A DNA stretch of 64,000 nt, taken from NCBI GenBank assembly GCA_964350885.1, contig CAYGKV010000003.1, positions 15,444-79,443 of the forward strand, read 5' to 3'. Below the pieces are notes generated by a model. It saw nothing but the letters and a program-made list of their open reading frames with translations, had not been told where the DNA came from and did not search any database. This DNA comes from an uncultured Candidatus Saccharibacteria bacterium (GTDB lineage Bacteria; Patescibacteriota; Minisyncoccia; Phycocordibacterales; UBA2100). The position numbers and the translations under genes are program-made. Numbering within the stretch: the stretch's first letter is position 1; each line of letters opens with the position of its first letter. Of this stretch, positions 55,064 through 64,000 are shown in pieces.

Positions 55064-56447
55064 AGCACTTACCGCAATCACATCTGTAGACGGTCGGTAC
55101 CGTGGAATGGTGGAGGGGTTGGCGGAATATTTTAGCGAGTACGCACTCATTCGTGCCCGTGTGCGTGTCGAGTGCGCGTATCTCGTCGCGCTGTCGGAGA
55201 ATCCAGGTACGGGGATGAGGCAGCTTACCGCAGAGGAGCGAGGCATGTTGGAAAATATCGCGACGGTCTCCTTAGAGGATGCGCACATAGTGAAGAAAAT
55301 AGAAAAAGAGGGCTACGACGGGATAGCGGCGACCAATCATGACGTGAAGGCGGTGGAATATTTCATTAAGGGAAAGTTGGCGAAGACGTCGCTCGCGAAC
55401 GTTTCCGAGTGGACGCATTTTGCGCTTACCTCAGAAGACATAAACAGCGTCGCGTACGGATTGCTTTTGCGAGACGCTTTGGAAAAGGTCGTCTTGCCCG
55501 CACTTGCCGATATCCGCACACATCTGGACGCACTCGCACGCGAGCATGCTATAACGCCTATGCTTGCACGCACGCACGGCCAGCCTGCTTCACCGACTAC
55601 GTTTGGAAAGGAAATGAGAGTCTTTGAAGCGCGTATCGCGCGGCAACTTGTGGGACTTACGAAATCCCACATCTTAGTGAAATTTGGCGGAGCGACAGGT
55701 AACTACAACGCGCACATGGTTGCGGTTCCGGATGTTGATTGGCAAGCGTTTGCACAGAAGTTTATTGTGGGTCTCAGTGGCGAAAATACTATCTCTATCG
55801 AATTGAATCCGGTCACAACGCAGAGCGAGCCGCACGACACCTATGCGGAGCTTTTCGACAATCTTCGCCGCATCAATACGATTCTCGTCGATCTTTCTCA
55901 AGATATGTGGCGCTACATCAGCGATGGGTGGCTTTCTCAGAAGACGAAAGAAGGAGAAGTGGGATCTTCGGCAATGCCGCACAAGGTCAATCCTATTGAT
56001 TTTGAAAATGCGGAGGGGAATCTAGGTGTTGCGAATGCATTGTTTGGACATTTCTCACTCAAGCTCCCGATTTCACGCTTGCAGCGCGACCTCTCGGACT
56101 CGACTGTACTGCGCACGTTTGGCACTGCATTTGCCCACTCACTTATCGGTTATCAAGCGCTTTCCCGAGGCCTGGGGAAGGTGAGTGTCAACACGGAGAC
56201 AATGTTAGAAGCGCTCCAATCACATCCCGAGGTAATCGCGGAGGCAATACAGACTGTCCTCCGGAAAGAAGGGGTTGAAGTGCCCTACGAGCAACTCAAG
56301 ATGCTTACGCGCGGAAGGAAAGTATCGCTAGAAGATTTCGCAAAGTTTATTGACGGTCTCGACATCGATGAGAAAGTGAAGATGCACCTAAAAGGAATCC
56401 GACCAGAAAACTACATCGGCCTTGCGTCAGAAATTGCTGGGAAATAG
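55053..56447 (+). CDS. purB: Adenylosuccinate lyase PurB
   Basis: SPLDGRY-like N-terminus (TSVDGRY) and the fumarate-lyase signature GSSAMPHKVNP. Confidence 0.9.
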   Translation: MPLEALTAITSVDGRYRGMVEGLAEYFSEYALIRARVRVECAYLVALSENPGTGMRQLTAEERGMLENIATVSLEDAHIVKKIEKEGYDGIAATNHDVKAVEYFIKGKLAKTSLANVSEWTHFALTSEDINSVAYGLLLRDALEKVVLPALADIRTHLDALAREHAITPMLARTHGQPASPTTFGKEMRVFEARIARQLVGLTKSHILVKFGGATGNYNAHMVAVPDVDWQAFAQKFIVGLSGENTISIELNPVTTQSEPHDTYAELFDNLRRINTILVDLSQDMWRYISDGWLSQKTKEGEVGSSAMPHKVNPIDFENAEGNLGVANALFGHFSLKLPISRLQRDLSDSTVLRTFGTAFAHSLIGYQALSRGLGKVSVNTETMLEALQSHPEVIAEAIQTVLRKEGVEVPYEQLKMLTRGRKVSLEDFAKFIDGLDIDEKVKMHLKGIRPENYIGLASEIAGK

Positions 56448-56454
56448 TAGTGCG

Positions 56455-56703
56455 CTACTCGGTTGACTCGTCTTTCAATAGACCTCGTTCTTTTAGATAA
56501 AATTCTGCTGCGAAGAAGCAGAAGCTCGGATTCTCGATCCAGTTTTGTGGGCCTTCAAACCAATCTCGATACATATCAAGTGGCACCGTTCCTTTACCAC
56601 GTTCAAAAATTCTACGCGCTGTTGCCTTTTCTTCATCTGACATACTCACCACCCGTGGATGGTCATGTAGCGATTTGTAGGTTTCTCGTACAATTCCGTC
56701 CAA
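56455..56703 (-). CDS. Hypothetical small protein (82 aa)
   Basis: A compact ORF with balanced composition downstream of the poly-C tract. Confidence 0.35.
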   Translation of the reverse strand: MDGIVRETYKSLHDHPRVVSMSDEEKATARRIFERGKGTVPLDMYRDWFEGPQNWIENPSFCFFAAEFYLKERGLLKDESTE

Positions 56704-56765
56704 CTTTTCTAGACGTTTTTCAGCCTTGATTGTCTCCGACGTTCGAAACTTTATTATGTTGCTTT

Positions 56766-56775
56766 CCCCCCCCCC
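56766..56775. repeat. Homopolymeric C10 tract (G10 on the minus strand) in an intergenic/promoter region
   Basis: gctttCCCCCCCCCCtctcctcc lies between the ABC permease 3' end and the start of the small minus-strand ORF. Confidence 0.7.
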
Positions 56776-56807
56776 TCTCCTCCTTCACTGCTCATGTTTC
56801 TATAATA

Positions 56808-57584
56808 TCATTGCCGCAGTCCTAGGCCAGTGCGGATGAGGTACCATGCAAAGGCGACGAGGGCGGCAATGAGGCTGAAGAGTACCGCGATACAGATGGC
56901 GAGCGGGACATCAGAAATGCCCATGAATCCGTAACGGAATCCGTTGACGAGGTAAAAGATCGGGTCGGCATAGGTGAGCGTGCCCCAGAAACCGGGAAGT
57001 GAATGCGCTGAATAAAAGACACCCCCCAGGTATACGAGTGGCGTGAGGACGAATGTGGGAAAGATGGTAATGCCGTCGAAATTCTTCGCATAGATGCCAT
57101 TTACCAACCCCGCGAGTGAAAACAAGACGCTCGAGAGGACGAGGAAGAGAGCGATGACGAAAATGTTGGTGAGCGGTGGTACAGCAAAGAACATCGAGAC
57201 GAGAAGCACAAGGCTTCCAATGATGGTGCCGCGCACGACACCTCCTGCGACGAAGCCCGCTATCAGGACCCACGGGGGAGTGGGGGAGACGAGAATCTCG
57301 TCGATGTTGCGCGAGAAAAATTTTGCTTGGAAGAATGTGGTAGCGACGTTGGTAAATGAATTTGTAACGACCGCCAGCATCACGAGGCCCGGGACGACGA
57401 ACTGGATGTATGAGAAGCCATTGATCTCACCAATCTGTTCGCCCAAAACCTTTCCAAAGACGAGAAAGTACAGCACCGATGTAATGATGGATGGCAAAAA
57501 CGTCTGGGGCCAGATACGGAAAATACGCACGACATCCTTGCGCAGGATGGTGTAAAACGATGTCCACATTTCTGCAGAATTCAT
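56808..57584 (-). CDS. ABC-2 type transporter permease
   Basis: A 6-TM ABC-2 family pattern, translationally coupled to the upstream ATPase. Confidence 0.75.
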   Translation of the reverse strand: MNSAEMWTSFYTILRKDVVRIFRIWPQTFLPSIITSVLYFLVFGKVLGEQIGEINGFSYIQFVVPGLVMLAVVTNSFTNVATTFFQAKFFSRNIDEILVSPTPPWVLIAGFVAGGVVRGTIIGSLVLLVSMFFAVPPLTNIFVIALFLVLSSVLFSLAGLVNGIYAKNFDGITIFPTFVLTPLVYLGGVFYSAHSLPGFWGTLTYADPIFYLVNGFRYGFMGISDVPLAICIAVLFSLIAALVAFAWYLIRTGLGLRQ

Positions 57585-57585
57585 A

Positions 57586-58350
57586 TTATGTATTTTTTTC
57601 TGAGGTAAGCCTCACAAACACTTCTTCCAGCCGTCCTCCGCGATAACCGTCTGCTGGTGCCGTGCCATCATGGAGCGCGAGCACTTCATCCATCGTGCCT
57701 TTGGCAACGATCTCACCTTTGTTGATGATCGCGACATGCTTGCATAGTTGCTCGGCTTCTTCGAGGTAGTGCGTCGTGAGGAGGATGGTGACGCCCTTCG
57801 CATTGATTCCGCGCAGATAATCCCACATGCCGCGGCGTAACTCGACATCCACGCCCGCGGTCGGCTCGTCGAGTATGAGAAAGCGCGGCTCGTGCACCAA
57901 GGCACGCGCGATCATAAGCCTGCGCTTCATGCCGCCGGAGAGCGTTATTGATCTCATGTTTCGTTTGTCTCCGATGCCTAAGTCCTGCAAAAGCTTATCA
58001 GCGCGTGGGAGTGCCTCGCTACGGGGAATACCATAATATCCGGCTTGATTCACTACGATATCTATACATTTCTCAAACGGATTGAAATTGACTTCTTGCT
58101 GCACGACACCGATGTGCGCCTTCACGCCGTCGGGGTTTTCCTCGATGTTTTCGCCGAAGATCTCGACCGTGCCGCCCGTCTTATTCACAAGACCGACAAC
58201 GACTCCAATAATCGTCGTTTTCCCGGCACCATTGGGGCCGAGGAGTGCAAAAAAGTCTCCCTGTTGCACCTCAAGTGATGCCCCCTTGAGCGCCACCGTA
58301 CCGTTGCTGTACGTTTTTGTGAGGTTGTTGATTGAGAGCGCTGATTGCAT
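57586..58350 (-). CDS. ABC transporter ATP-binding protein
   Basis: Walker A GPNGAGKTT, the signature LSGGMKRRL, and Walker B ILDEPT. Confidence 0.85.
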   Translation of the reverse strand: MQSALSINNLTKTYSNGTVALKGASLEVQQGDFFALLGPNGAGKTTIIGVVVGLVNKTGGTVEIFGENIEENPDGVKAHIGVVQQEVNFNPFEKCIDIVVNQAGYYGIPRSEALPRADKLLQDLGIGDKRNMRSITLSGGMKRRLMIARALVHEPRFLILDEPTAGVDVELRRGMWDYLRGINAKGVTILLTTHYLEEAEQLCKHVAIINKGEIVAKGTMDEVLALHDGTAPADGYRGGRLEEVFVRLTSEKNT

Positions 58351-58361
58351 GGCGTTGCGTA

Positions 58362-59102
58362 CTATACCAGATTGCCTTGGATAAAATCGAACGCCTCATC
58401 TGGATTTTTTACCGCATGGATCGGGATTATGTCGATCACCGTCTCGTCGTTGCCGCCGTGGAATAGCGCGTCGCCCACATACACGCAATCTTCTTTTCTC
58501 CATCCTTCTTTTTCGATCAGGCGCGTAACATTGAAGCCTTTGTGTTTGCCGGCGATTGTAAAGTCAAAGGTGGTTGTACCACCGGGGCGCACGTCAACAC
58601 CAATTCCTCGGAGATGAGCCACATCTTCTTTGTGTCGAGCTAGGATCTCAAGCCGTTTTTTCGCCCCTGGATCAAACGCTTCCTTCTTGCTTACGTCTTC
58701 ATGATGTCCGAGCAAACTGTAGGAAACCTGACTCCCACGATCTTCAACAAGATCGTTTTCATCTTTGACCAACAAAGCCACTTCATCATGAATGGCGCGA
58801 ACGAAAGAGAGAATCGCCGTTTTTTGTTCGGACGAAAATTGTTCGGCCCAGAGCACCTCGCCGCTTTTGGAGATCGCATAGTTTCCTGATTGAGACAAGA
58901 CGAAATACTTGCCATCAAAATGCGGCGGTATTTGCTTCTTGATTTGCGAAAGTTGGCCGCCTGTGATTACCGCGACGTCTTTTTTGTCACATAGCATCGC
59001 GAATAATTTCTGATGGTCTTCCGCCATGAGCGTACGGCTGCGCGTGAGCGTGCCATCGAGATCAAAAAAGAAATGCTTTGGCGTCATGTTCGATTCTCCC
59101 AA
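58362..59102 (-). CDS. HAD-IIB hydrolase (phosphomannomutase-like), paralog of 33397..34155
   Basis: FFFDLDGTLT, motif IV YVGDALFHGGNDE. Confidence 0.7.
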   Translation of the reverse strand: MGESNMTPKHFFFDLDGTLTRSRTLMAEDHQKLFAMLCDKKDVAVITGGQLSQIKKQIPPHFDGKYFVLSQSGNYAISKSGEVLWAEQFSSEQKTAILSFVRAIHDEVALLVKDENDLVEDRGSQVSYSLLGHHEDVSKKEAFDPGAKKRLEILARHKEDVAHLRGIGVDVRPGGTTTFDFTIAGKHKGFNVTRLIEKEGWRKEDCVYVGDALFHGGNDETVIDIIPIHAVKNPDEAFDFIQGNLV

Positions 59103-59659
59103 TACGCCGCCGACGCGCTGATGTAATCGGCGACGCGGCGCTCGGCAGCCGCTACAAAACGAGTGACAAGTGGTTCACGCTCGTTTTCATCGGATCCGTT
59201 TTTCAGCCATGTTTCCAGCAATTCAATCTGTGATTGGTCTGAAAGTACAAGTCTTCGGCCTTTGGCCGCCGCACGCAAAAGCGTAGGGCCGCCGATATCC
59301 GTTTTCTCAATGACGGCCGCCGGAGTTGAGAGTGGGTCGGCGATTGTTTTCTCGAGCGGATAGAGCGTTACGTATACCAGATCAATGGGAGTAATGTTGA
59401 GTTTCTGTAATTCCTCAAAATCTGCAGGTGTGGCGGCAAGGAGGCCGGCATGAAGTTCGCGCGAGAGCGTAACGACGCGGTGGCCGAGAATGGGCGGCCC
59501 GACGATTTCGGCGACATCGCGGCAGGGGACGTTGTTCTCGTTCAAGTATTTTGCAGTACCCGCCGAGCCGAGGAGCGCCCATCCACTGTCGCTAAGAAGC
59601 TTACCCAGCCTCAACAGCGCCTCGTCTTTTTCGTAGGATGCCAAAAGGGCTGTTTTCAT
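59084..59659 (-). CDS. Stand-alone IMP cyclohydrolase (PurH N-terminal MGS-like domain) protein
   Basis: ALLASYEKDEALLRLGKLLSDSGWALLGSAGTAKYL...ILGHRVVTLSRELHAGLLA parallels the PurH IMPCH domain (ALLSVSDK...STGGTAK...MDGRVKTLHP...GGIL). No AICAR transformylase domain follows. Confidence 0.55.
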   Translation of the reverse strand: MKTALLASYEKDEALLRLGKLLSDSGWALLGSAGTAKYLNENNVPCRDVAEIVGPPILGHRVVTLSRELHAGLLAATPADFEELQKLNITPIDLVYVTLYPLEKTIADPLSTPAAVIEKTDIGGPTLLRAAAKGRRLVLSDQSQIELLETWLKNGSDENEREPLVTRFVAAAERRVADYISASAAYWENRT

Positions 59660-59710
59660 GGATGGATTCTATCACACCGTCCTATTTTTTATGCTATTCT
59701 TGTGGTTATT

Positions 59711-60151
59711 ATGAGAGATGGGAAGAAAGTGGGAATTACTGCGGGGGCCTTCGATTTGTGCCACGCGGGGCACATGCTGATGTTTAAGGAGGCGAAGACT
59801 GTGTGCGATTATCTCATAGTTGCGCTCCACTCCGATCCAGCGATTGATCGGCCTGACACCAAAAACAAGCCGATCATGTCTATCGATGAGCGAAGAATCA
59901 TTCTGGAGGGGATCAAATACATCGACGAGATCATCGTCTATGACACGGAGGCAGACCTACTGAAAATCTTAAGCGACAACAAGATCGGCATCGACATCCG
60001 CATTTTGGGTGAGGAATACAAAGACAAGCAATTCACCGGCCGCGACCTACCTTTGCCAGTGTATTTCAATTCCCGCGATCACGGTTATTCCACGACCGAA
60101 CTGCGTGATCGAGTCTACGAAGCTGAGCTCAAGAAGCGTTCGGAGGTGTAA
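59711..60151 (+). CDS. Cytidylyltransferase-like nucleotidyltransferase (TagD / RfaE-domain-II-like)
   Basis: The (H/T)xGH motif in GITAGAFDLCHAGHMLMFKEA; 146 aa. Confidence 0.7.
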   Translation: MRDGKKVGITAGAFDLCHAGHMLMFKEAKTVCDYLIVALHSDPAIDRPDTKNKPIMSIDERRIILEGIKYIDEIIVYDTEADLLKILSDNKIGIDIRILGEEYKDKQFTGRDLPLPVYFNSRDHGYSTTELRDRVYEAELKKRSEV

Positions 60152-60310
60152 AACGAGCGAGCCAAATAGCCGTTTTTTTGGCGGGAAAGGTGGTGGTGGA
60201 TAACTCACTGGCGTAGTTTGAGGGGAGGTACATACTGCAGGGGTGTAATCTATCAAAAGGTCGAGCCTGCCCGCGAAGGCAGGTTTACTAGCCAATTTCT
60301 CTTCAAAAAT

Positions 60311-60544
60311 ATGAAAAATTTGCACATGGTAAGCTGGATCCTCGTCATGGTAGGAGCTGTAAACTGGGGTCTCGTAGGTCTCGGAGGCTTCATGGGAGGC
60401 GAGTGGAACGTTGTGGGTATGCTACTCGGTGCCTGGCCTCAGGTTGAGTGGCTTGTCTACGTCCTTGTAGGCGCTGCTGCAGTGTACGAGATTGTGAAGC
60501 ACAAGGGTATATGTAAGGATTGCGGTTCAGGCGGAGCGATGTAA
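60311..60544 (+). CDS. DUF378-family small membrane protein
   Basis: ILVMVGAVNWGLVGLGGF..., the characteristic DUF378 (YuzA-like) motif; a GC hairpin lies at 60575-60597. Confidence 0.6.
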   Translation: MKNLHMVSWILVMVGAVNWGLVGLGGFMGGEWNVVGMLLGAWPQVEWLVYVLVGAAAVYEIVKHKGICKDCGSGGAM

Positions 60545-60672
60545 ATCGCGTTTCTAGAGAGCTTGGGGTCGCCACGCCCTTGCGTGGCGACCCCTCTGGC
60601 TGTGCCACACGAGGAGATGGCGCTATTTATGGGGAGGGGTATACTAAAAGGCATACTAGTAATCAATAATCT

Positions 60673-60930
60673 ATGGTCAGAAAAGCAAATCCTGCATTAT
60701 TAAAGCCGATGAATCTCTCTGCAGAGCTTGAGGCGGTCACAGGGAAGGGGCCTATGGCTCGGGGCCAGGTTGTGAAGAAGCTTTGGGAATACATCAAGAA
60801 GCACGATCTTCAGAATCCGAAGAATAAGCGCAACATCTTGGCTGATGACAAGCTGAAGCCGATTTTTGGTGGAAAGGGTGAGGTTACGATGTTTGAGATG
60901 ACCAAGCTCGTCTCCGCGCACTTGAAGTAG
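60673..60930 (+). CDS. SWIB/MDM2-domain protein
   Basis: LSAELEAVTGKGPMARGQVVKKLWEYIKKHDLQNPKNKRNILADDKLKPIFG, the canonical SWIB motif; a terminator lies at 60953-60985. Confidence 0.7.
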   Translation: MVRKANPALLKPMNLSAELEAVTGKGPMARGQVVKKLWEYIKKHDLQNPKNKRNILADDKLKPIFGGKGEVTMFEMTKLVSAHLK

Positions 60931-60978
60931 TTGATACCAAATTGTTGGAAGGAAACGCCGGCTTAGAGCCGGCGGTTT

Positions 60979-61662
60979 TCATTTTCCCAAACGCCGCTCG
61001 CGTGTACCATACTCGCGAACGACAGTCTCGAGGTCTTCCTTGGTGAATTCGGGCCAGTATTTCTTCACAAAAAACAACTCGCTGTACGCGCCCTGCCACA
61101 GAAGGAAGTTGGAGATTCGCTGATCGCCCCCCGTCCGGATGATGAGATCGGGATCCGGCATATCCTGCGTCCACAAGTGTTTTGAAAGAGATTCTTCCGT
61201 TATAGGGCCATCGGTGGTCGCCGCTTGTGCCGCATGCACGATTTCTGCTTTGCTTCCGTATGAAATGCAGATCCACAATGTGTGTGCGGGGTTCTCCGGA
61301 CTGTTTTTCTCTGCCTCGTGCATTGCCTCTTGCAAAGACAGAGGGCAGCGTTCTCTTTGTCCAACAAAATGCACAGCGACGTTCATCCTCTTGAATTTTG
61401 CAAGACCTTCGCGTGCCATGTTCTCAAAAATCTTCATCAAGTATCCCACTTCTTCTTGCGATCGTTCCCAATTCTCCGTGGAGAACGCATAGATAACCAT
61501 GTGCTGAATGCCAAGGTCTTTTGCAGCGCGCGCGATGGTCTCCACGTTATCCATACCTCTCTTGTGGCCCTCGAATGTGGAAAGTCCGTTTTCTTTTGCC
61601 CACCGACGGTTGCCGTCGAGGATGATCGCTATGCATTTTGGGACATTGTGCACATCGATCAT
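60979..61662 (-). CDS. uppS: Isoprenyl transferase (undecaprenyl diphosphate synthase)
   Basis: HIAIILDGNRRWA-like CIAIILDGNRRWAKE, FSTENWERS, and the C-terminal RERRLG. Confidence 0.9.
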   Translation of the reverse strand: MIDVHNVPKCIAIILDGNRRWAKENGLSTFEGHKRGMDNVETIARAAKDLGIQHMVIYAFSTENWERSQEEVGYLMKIFENMAREGLAKFKRMNVAVHFVGQRERCPLSLQEAMHEAEKNSPENPAHTLWICISYGSKAEIVHAAQAATTDGPITEESLSKHLWTQDMPDPDLIIRTGGDQRISNFLLWQGAYSELFFVKKYWPEFTKEDLETVVREYGTRERRLGK

Positions 61663-61668
61663 AAAAAA

Positions 61669-61941
61669 TTAGTAGGCAATCTTGAAACCATCGAATGTCT
61701 TGGTGCGGTCACGCCATTCATGTTCCACGCCATCGACGCGTGAGAGGATCGATCCGCGATGGAGTGTCTCAAGAAATTTCTCGAGAGCGTTTCTCTCACC
61801 TTGGGCCACCACCTCGACCGCCCCATCGGGTCGGTTGTACACAAACCCCGTGAGGCCGAGCTTACGCGCGGTGCGCCGAGTGAAATCCCTGAACATAACA
61901 AGCTGTACGCGGCCTCGGACGATTGCATGAAGCTCGCTCAT
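61669..61941 (-). CDS. acyP: Acylphosphatase
   Basis: VRGRVQLVMFRDFTRRTARKLGLTGFVYNRPDGAVEV, the two acylphosphatase signatures. Confidence 0.85.
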   Translation of the reverse strand: MSELHAIVRGRVQLVMFRDFTRRTARKLGLTGFVYNRPDGAVEVVAQGERNALEKFLETLHRGSILSRVDGVEHEWRDRTKTFDGFKIAY

Positions 61942-61986
61942 CGCGCAACAATACCACTTTCTTCCGACGACGTGTATTCTGAAGGT

Positions 61987-62820
61987 ATGAGCTGCTTTGC
62001 GCCCGGCAAGATCATCCTATCCGGCGAATACGCCGTGCTTTTTGGGTATGCGGGCATCGCGATTCCTTCGTCTCTAGGGGTCGAGGCTGTATTTGAGATC
62101 GATCCGGCTTGCGAGCGGGTCGAGATACTCGCTGAAGGGCGTGACGCACGATCAATCTCGTATACAGAGAAGATCGCCACTCTCGCGCAGAAAGATGCCG
62201 ATCTTCGCGGACGACTCACGGTCCATTCCGATCTTCCGCTTGGGAAGGGAATGGGATCTTCGACCGCGCTCATTATTGCCGTCGTGCGCGCGCTTCTCGG
62301 TGATGATGCACGCGAAGTGGCACTCCAGATCGAAGATACATTAAATCCTGGGCATAGCGGTCTGGATTTTGCGACTATCTGGGGAAACGCCCCCCTCCTT
62401 TTTCGTAAAGGAGATGTCCCACACAAGATAAGGTTGCAATCAGATCTATTGCGAGAATCGGTGCTTATTGATACAGGATTTCCGAGCGAATCCACCACAG
62501 AGCTTGTGGCGTGGGTGCGTGGTCGTGAATCGGAGATCCGAGAGCCGCTGAAAATCATCGGGGAATGCACACAGCGGCTCGCCTCCGGCGAGCCGCTCCT
62601 CGACGTGATGCGAGATCATCACAAAGCACAGGTGGCGCTCGGTGTCGTACCGGAGAGCGTGCAGGAGTTAGTCGCTGCGATAGAAAAAATCGGCGGCTCT
62701 GCTAAAGTCATTGGTGCTGGCGGCCGCACCGGCGGCGCGGGGATGGTCTTGGCGCTTGGGAATCAGCAAAAAATAATGGAAATTGCAAATCAAAGGCGTA
62801 TGCCCGCAAGTATTCTCTAA
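61987..62820 (+). CDS. mvk: Mevalonate kinase (GHMP kinase)
   Basis: APGKIILSGEYAVLFG and the GHMP motif LPLGKGMGSSTA. The start was chosen at MSCFAPGK to avoid overlapping acyP. Confidence 0.75.
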   Translation: MSCFAPGKIILSGEYAVLFGYAGIAIPSSLGVEAVFEIDPACERVEILAEGRDARSISYTEKIATLAQKDADLRGRLTVHSDLPLGKGMGSSTALIIAVVRALLGDDAREVALQIEDTLNPGHSGLDFATIWGNAPLLFRKGDVPHKIRLQSDLLRESVLIDTGFPSESTTELVAWVRGRESEIREPLKIIGECTQRLASGEPLLDVMRDHHKAQVALGVVPESVQELVAAIEKIGGSAKVIGAGGRTGGAGMVLALGNQQKIMEIANQRRMPASIL

Positions 62821-62823
62821 AAT

Positions 62824-63819
62824 ATGTCTATTCGCGCCTTCTCCGCACCAAACATCGCTCTCATAAAATACTGGGGTAATCGTAATGAAGAATTGCGTCT
62901 CCCTGCTGCTGATTCACTCTCGATTACCCTTGATCAGCCGGGAGTTGAGGTAGCGGTCGGCCACTCCGAGCGTTTTTCCGCGCGTAGTATACAGGCTGAT
63001 GGTATTGAACGAACACTCTCGGAGAAGGAGAGTAGGAGACTAGAGAATCATTTTCTTCTCACAAAGAAATATCTTGCCGACATCGGCCCCCACCAGGTGT
63101 TCCCAGACTCTGTTTCGATCGAAATTTGCTCGAAGATTCCTTCTGGCATTGGTCTCGCATCATCTTCCGCAGTCTTTAGCGCTCTTGCGGAGGCGTATGC
63201 AGGGTTTGTAAAAGAAATCTCTCGGCGTGACGTGAGTATTATTGCTCGTCTCGGATCCGGGTCGGCAAGCCGGGGCGTTTTTGGCGGATTCGTGGCAATT
63301 ATCGCGGGAGATGGAGTGGGCATCAACACTTCGTATGCTGAACAGGTAGCACCAGAGGATCACTGGAAATTATGGGATGTCATTATTGTGCCGTCGCGTG
63401 CGGAGAAAGAGACAGGGTCCACTGAAGGTCATGCTCTTGCGCACACGAGCCCGCTTTTTGAGGCGCGCCTTCGCGAGATCCCGGTGCGCCAAGAGGCGTG
63501 CAGAGATGCAATTCTGAAGAAAGATTTTGAGAAACTTCAAAGAGTTTCCGAAGAGGATTGTCTCGACATGCATGCGGTCATGGCCTCAAGCTCTCCACCA
63601 CTCCGGTATCTTTCGGAGGAAACGCATCGCATCGTTCGCGAGATCAAAGAGCTTCGAACCAGTGAGCATTTGGCTGTTCTCTACACTATGGATGCTGGCC
63701 CTACGGTGCATCTGATCTGCGAAGAAAGCGCCCTGCCGTCCGTGCGCGCATATGCCAACAATCAGTCGGGCTGCACGGTCTTTGAGGCTAGAATAGGAGG
63801 CGGAAGTCATTTGATTTAG
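62824..63819 (+). CDS. mvaD: Diphosphomevalonate decarboxylase
   Basis: APNIALIKYWGNRNEELRLPAADSLS and the GHMP motif PSGIGLASSSA. Confidence 0.85.
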   Translation: MSIRAFSAPNIALIKYWGNRNEELRLPAADSLSITLDQPGVEVAVGHSERFSARSIQADGIERTLSEKESRRLENHFLLTKKYLADIGPHQVFPDSVSIEICSKIPSGIGLASSSAVFSALAEAYAGFVKEISRRDVSIIARLGSGSASRGVFGGFVAIIAGDGVGINTSYAEQVAPEDHWKLWDVIIVPSRAEKETGSTEGHALAHTSPLFEARLREIPVRQEACRDAILKKDFEKLQRVSEEDCLDMHAVMASSSPPLRYLSEETHRIVREIKELRTSEHLAVLYTMDAGPTVHLICEESALPSVRAYANNQSGCTVFEARIGGGSHLI

Positions 63820-63836
63820 TATTTGCATATGAACCT

Positions 63837-64000
63837 TCGTGATGTATCTCCAGACATGAATCCGCTTGATCGGGTACAGGAGCGTCGCGATCGGATTGAA
63901 AAAGAGTTGGGGGTCGCTCTTGATTACGTTGCTGTTAGATCAGAACAAATTGGTACGGCGGACGAAAAAAACTGCGAGCAGATGTTTGGGGCGATACCCG
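63837..64000 (+). CDS. 5' fragment of a gene continuing past the window (in the mevalonate operon context)
   Basis: MNLRDVSPDMNPLDRVQERRDRIEKELG...; too short to assign. Confidence 0.3.

Noticed and set aside
63048-63828. Antisense ORFs within mvaD (63048..63329, 63160..63363, 63370..63573, 63586..63828)
   Set aside because: They sit inside a well-supported GHMP-kinase-fold gene and are short and unsupported.
1-64000. rRNA genes, transposases, integrases, toxin-antitoxin pairs, restriction-modification or other defence systems
   Set aside because: None of the longer ORFs carries DDE/tyrosine-recombinase, PIN/RelE, or methyltransferase/endonuclease motifs that I could recognise. No 16S/23S-like conserved stretches are present.

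Overview
The window is a compact, gene-dense bacterial chromosome segment of roughly 55-58% GC. The gene content looks like a CPR/Patescibacteria-type or similarly reduced bacterium: a sortase-independent surface proteome, a type IV pilus operon without pilMNOQ, archaeal-type sugar enzymes (GH57, GH15, cupin-type PGI), a mevalonate pathway, and many small membrane proteins. This taxonomic placement is inference from gene content only. There are two kinds of region.

Core housekeeping:
- 0-12 kb: lepA, three tRNAs (Gly-CCC, Arg-CCT, Phe-GAA), hisS, a DsbB/thioredoxin pair and an FAD-linked oxidase.
- 33-64 kb: a GT4-GH57-GH15-cPGI-ROK glucan/glucose cluster; a dNTP block (glyA, tmk, dCMP deaminase, thyA, dcd, folA, a tandem-HD hydrolase); a purine block (PurS-like/PurL fusion, purQ, purK, purE, purM, purC, purB, plus a stand-alone IMP-cyclohydrolase domain); an ABC exporter; uppS and acyP; and the start of a mevalonate pathway (mvk, mvaD).

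Accessory cell-surface island, about 12.5-33.3 kb:
- a 1376-aa adhesin-like protein with about nine tandem ~100-aa repeats, a DUF11 domain, a Gly12 linker and a peptidoglycan-binding domain;
- a CAP/SCP-domain protein;
- a metzincin-like protease with an atypical QExxHxxGxxH motif;
- several signal-peptide proteins, two of which share a C-terminal ~100-aa domain;
- a type IV pilus operon (pilB, pilC, four pilin-like genes, one fused to an LVIVD beta-propeller);
- a membrane-tethered wHTH/PaaX-middle (Cas2-like fold) regulator bracketed by three copies of a conserved hairpin repeat, with a ~65-nt polypurine tract nearby;
- a 979-aa secreted LCAT-like lipase.

No rRNA, CRISPR array, integrase or transposase was recognised. 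An exact 19-bp duplicate of the tRNA-Gly 3' end lies 150 bp downstream of that tRNA, which looks like an integration-site scar.
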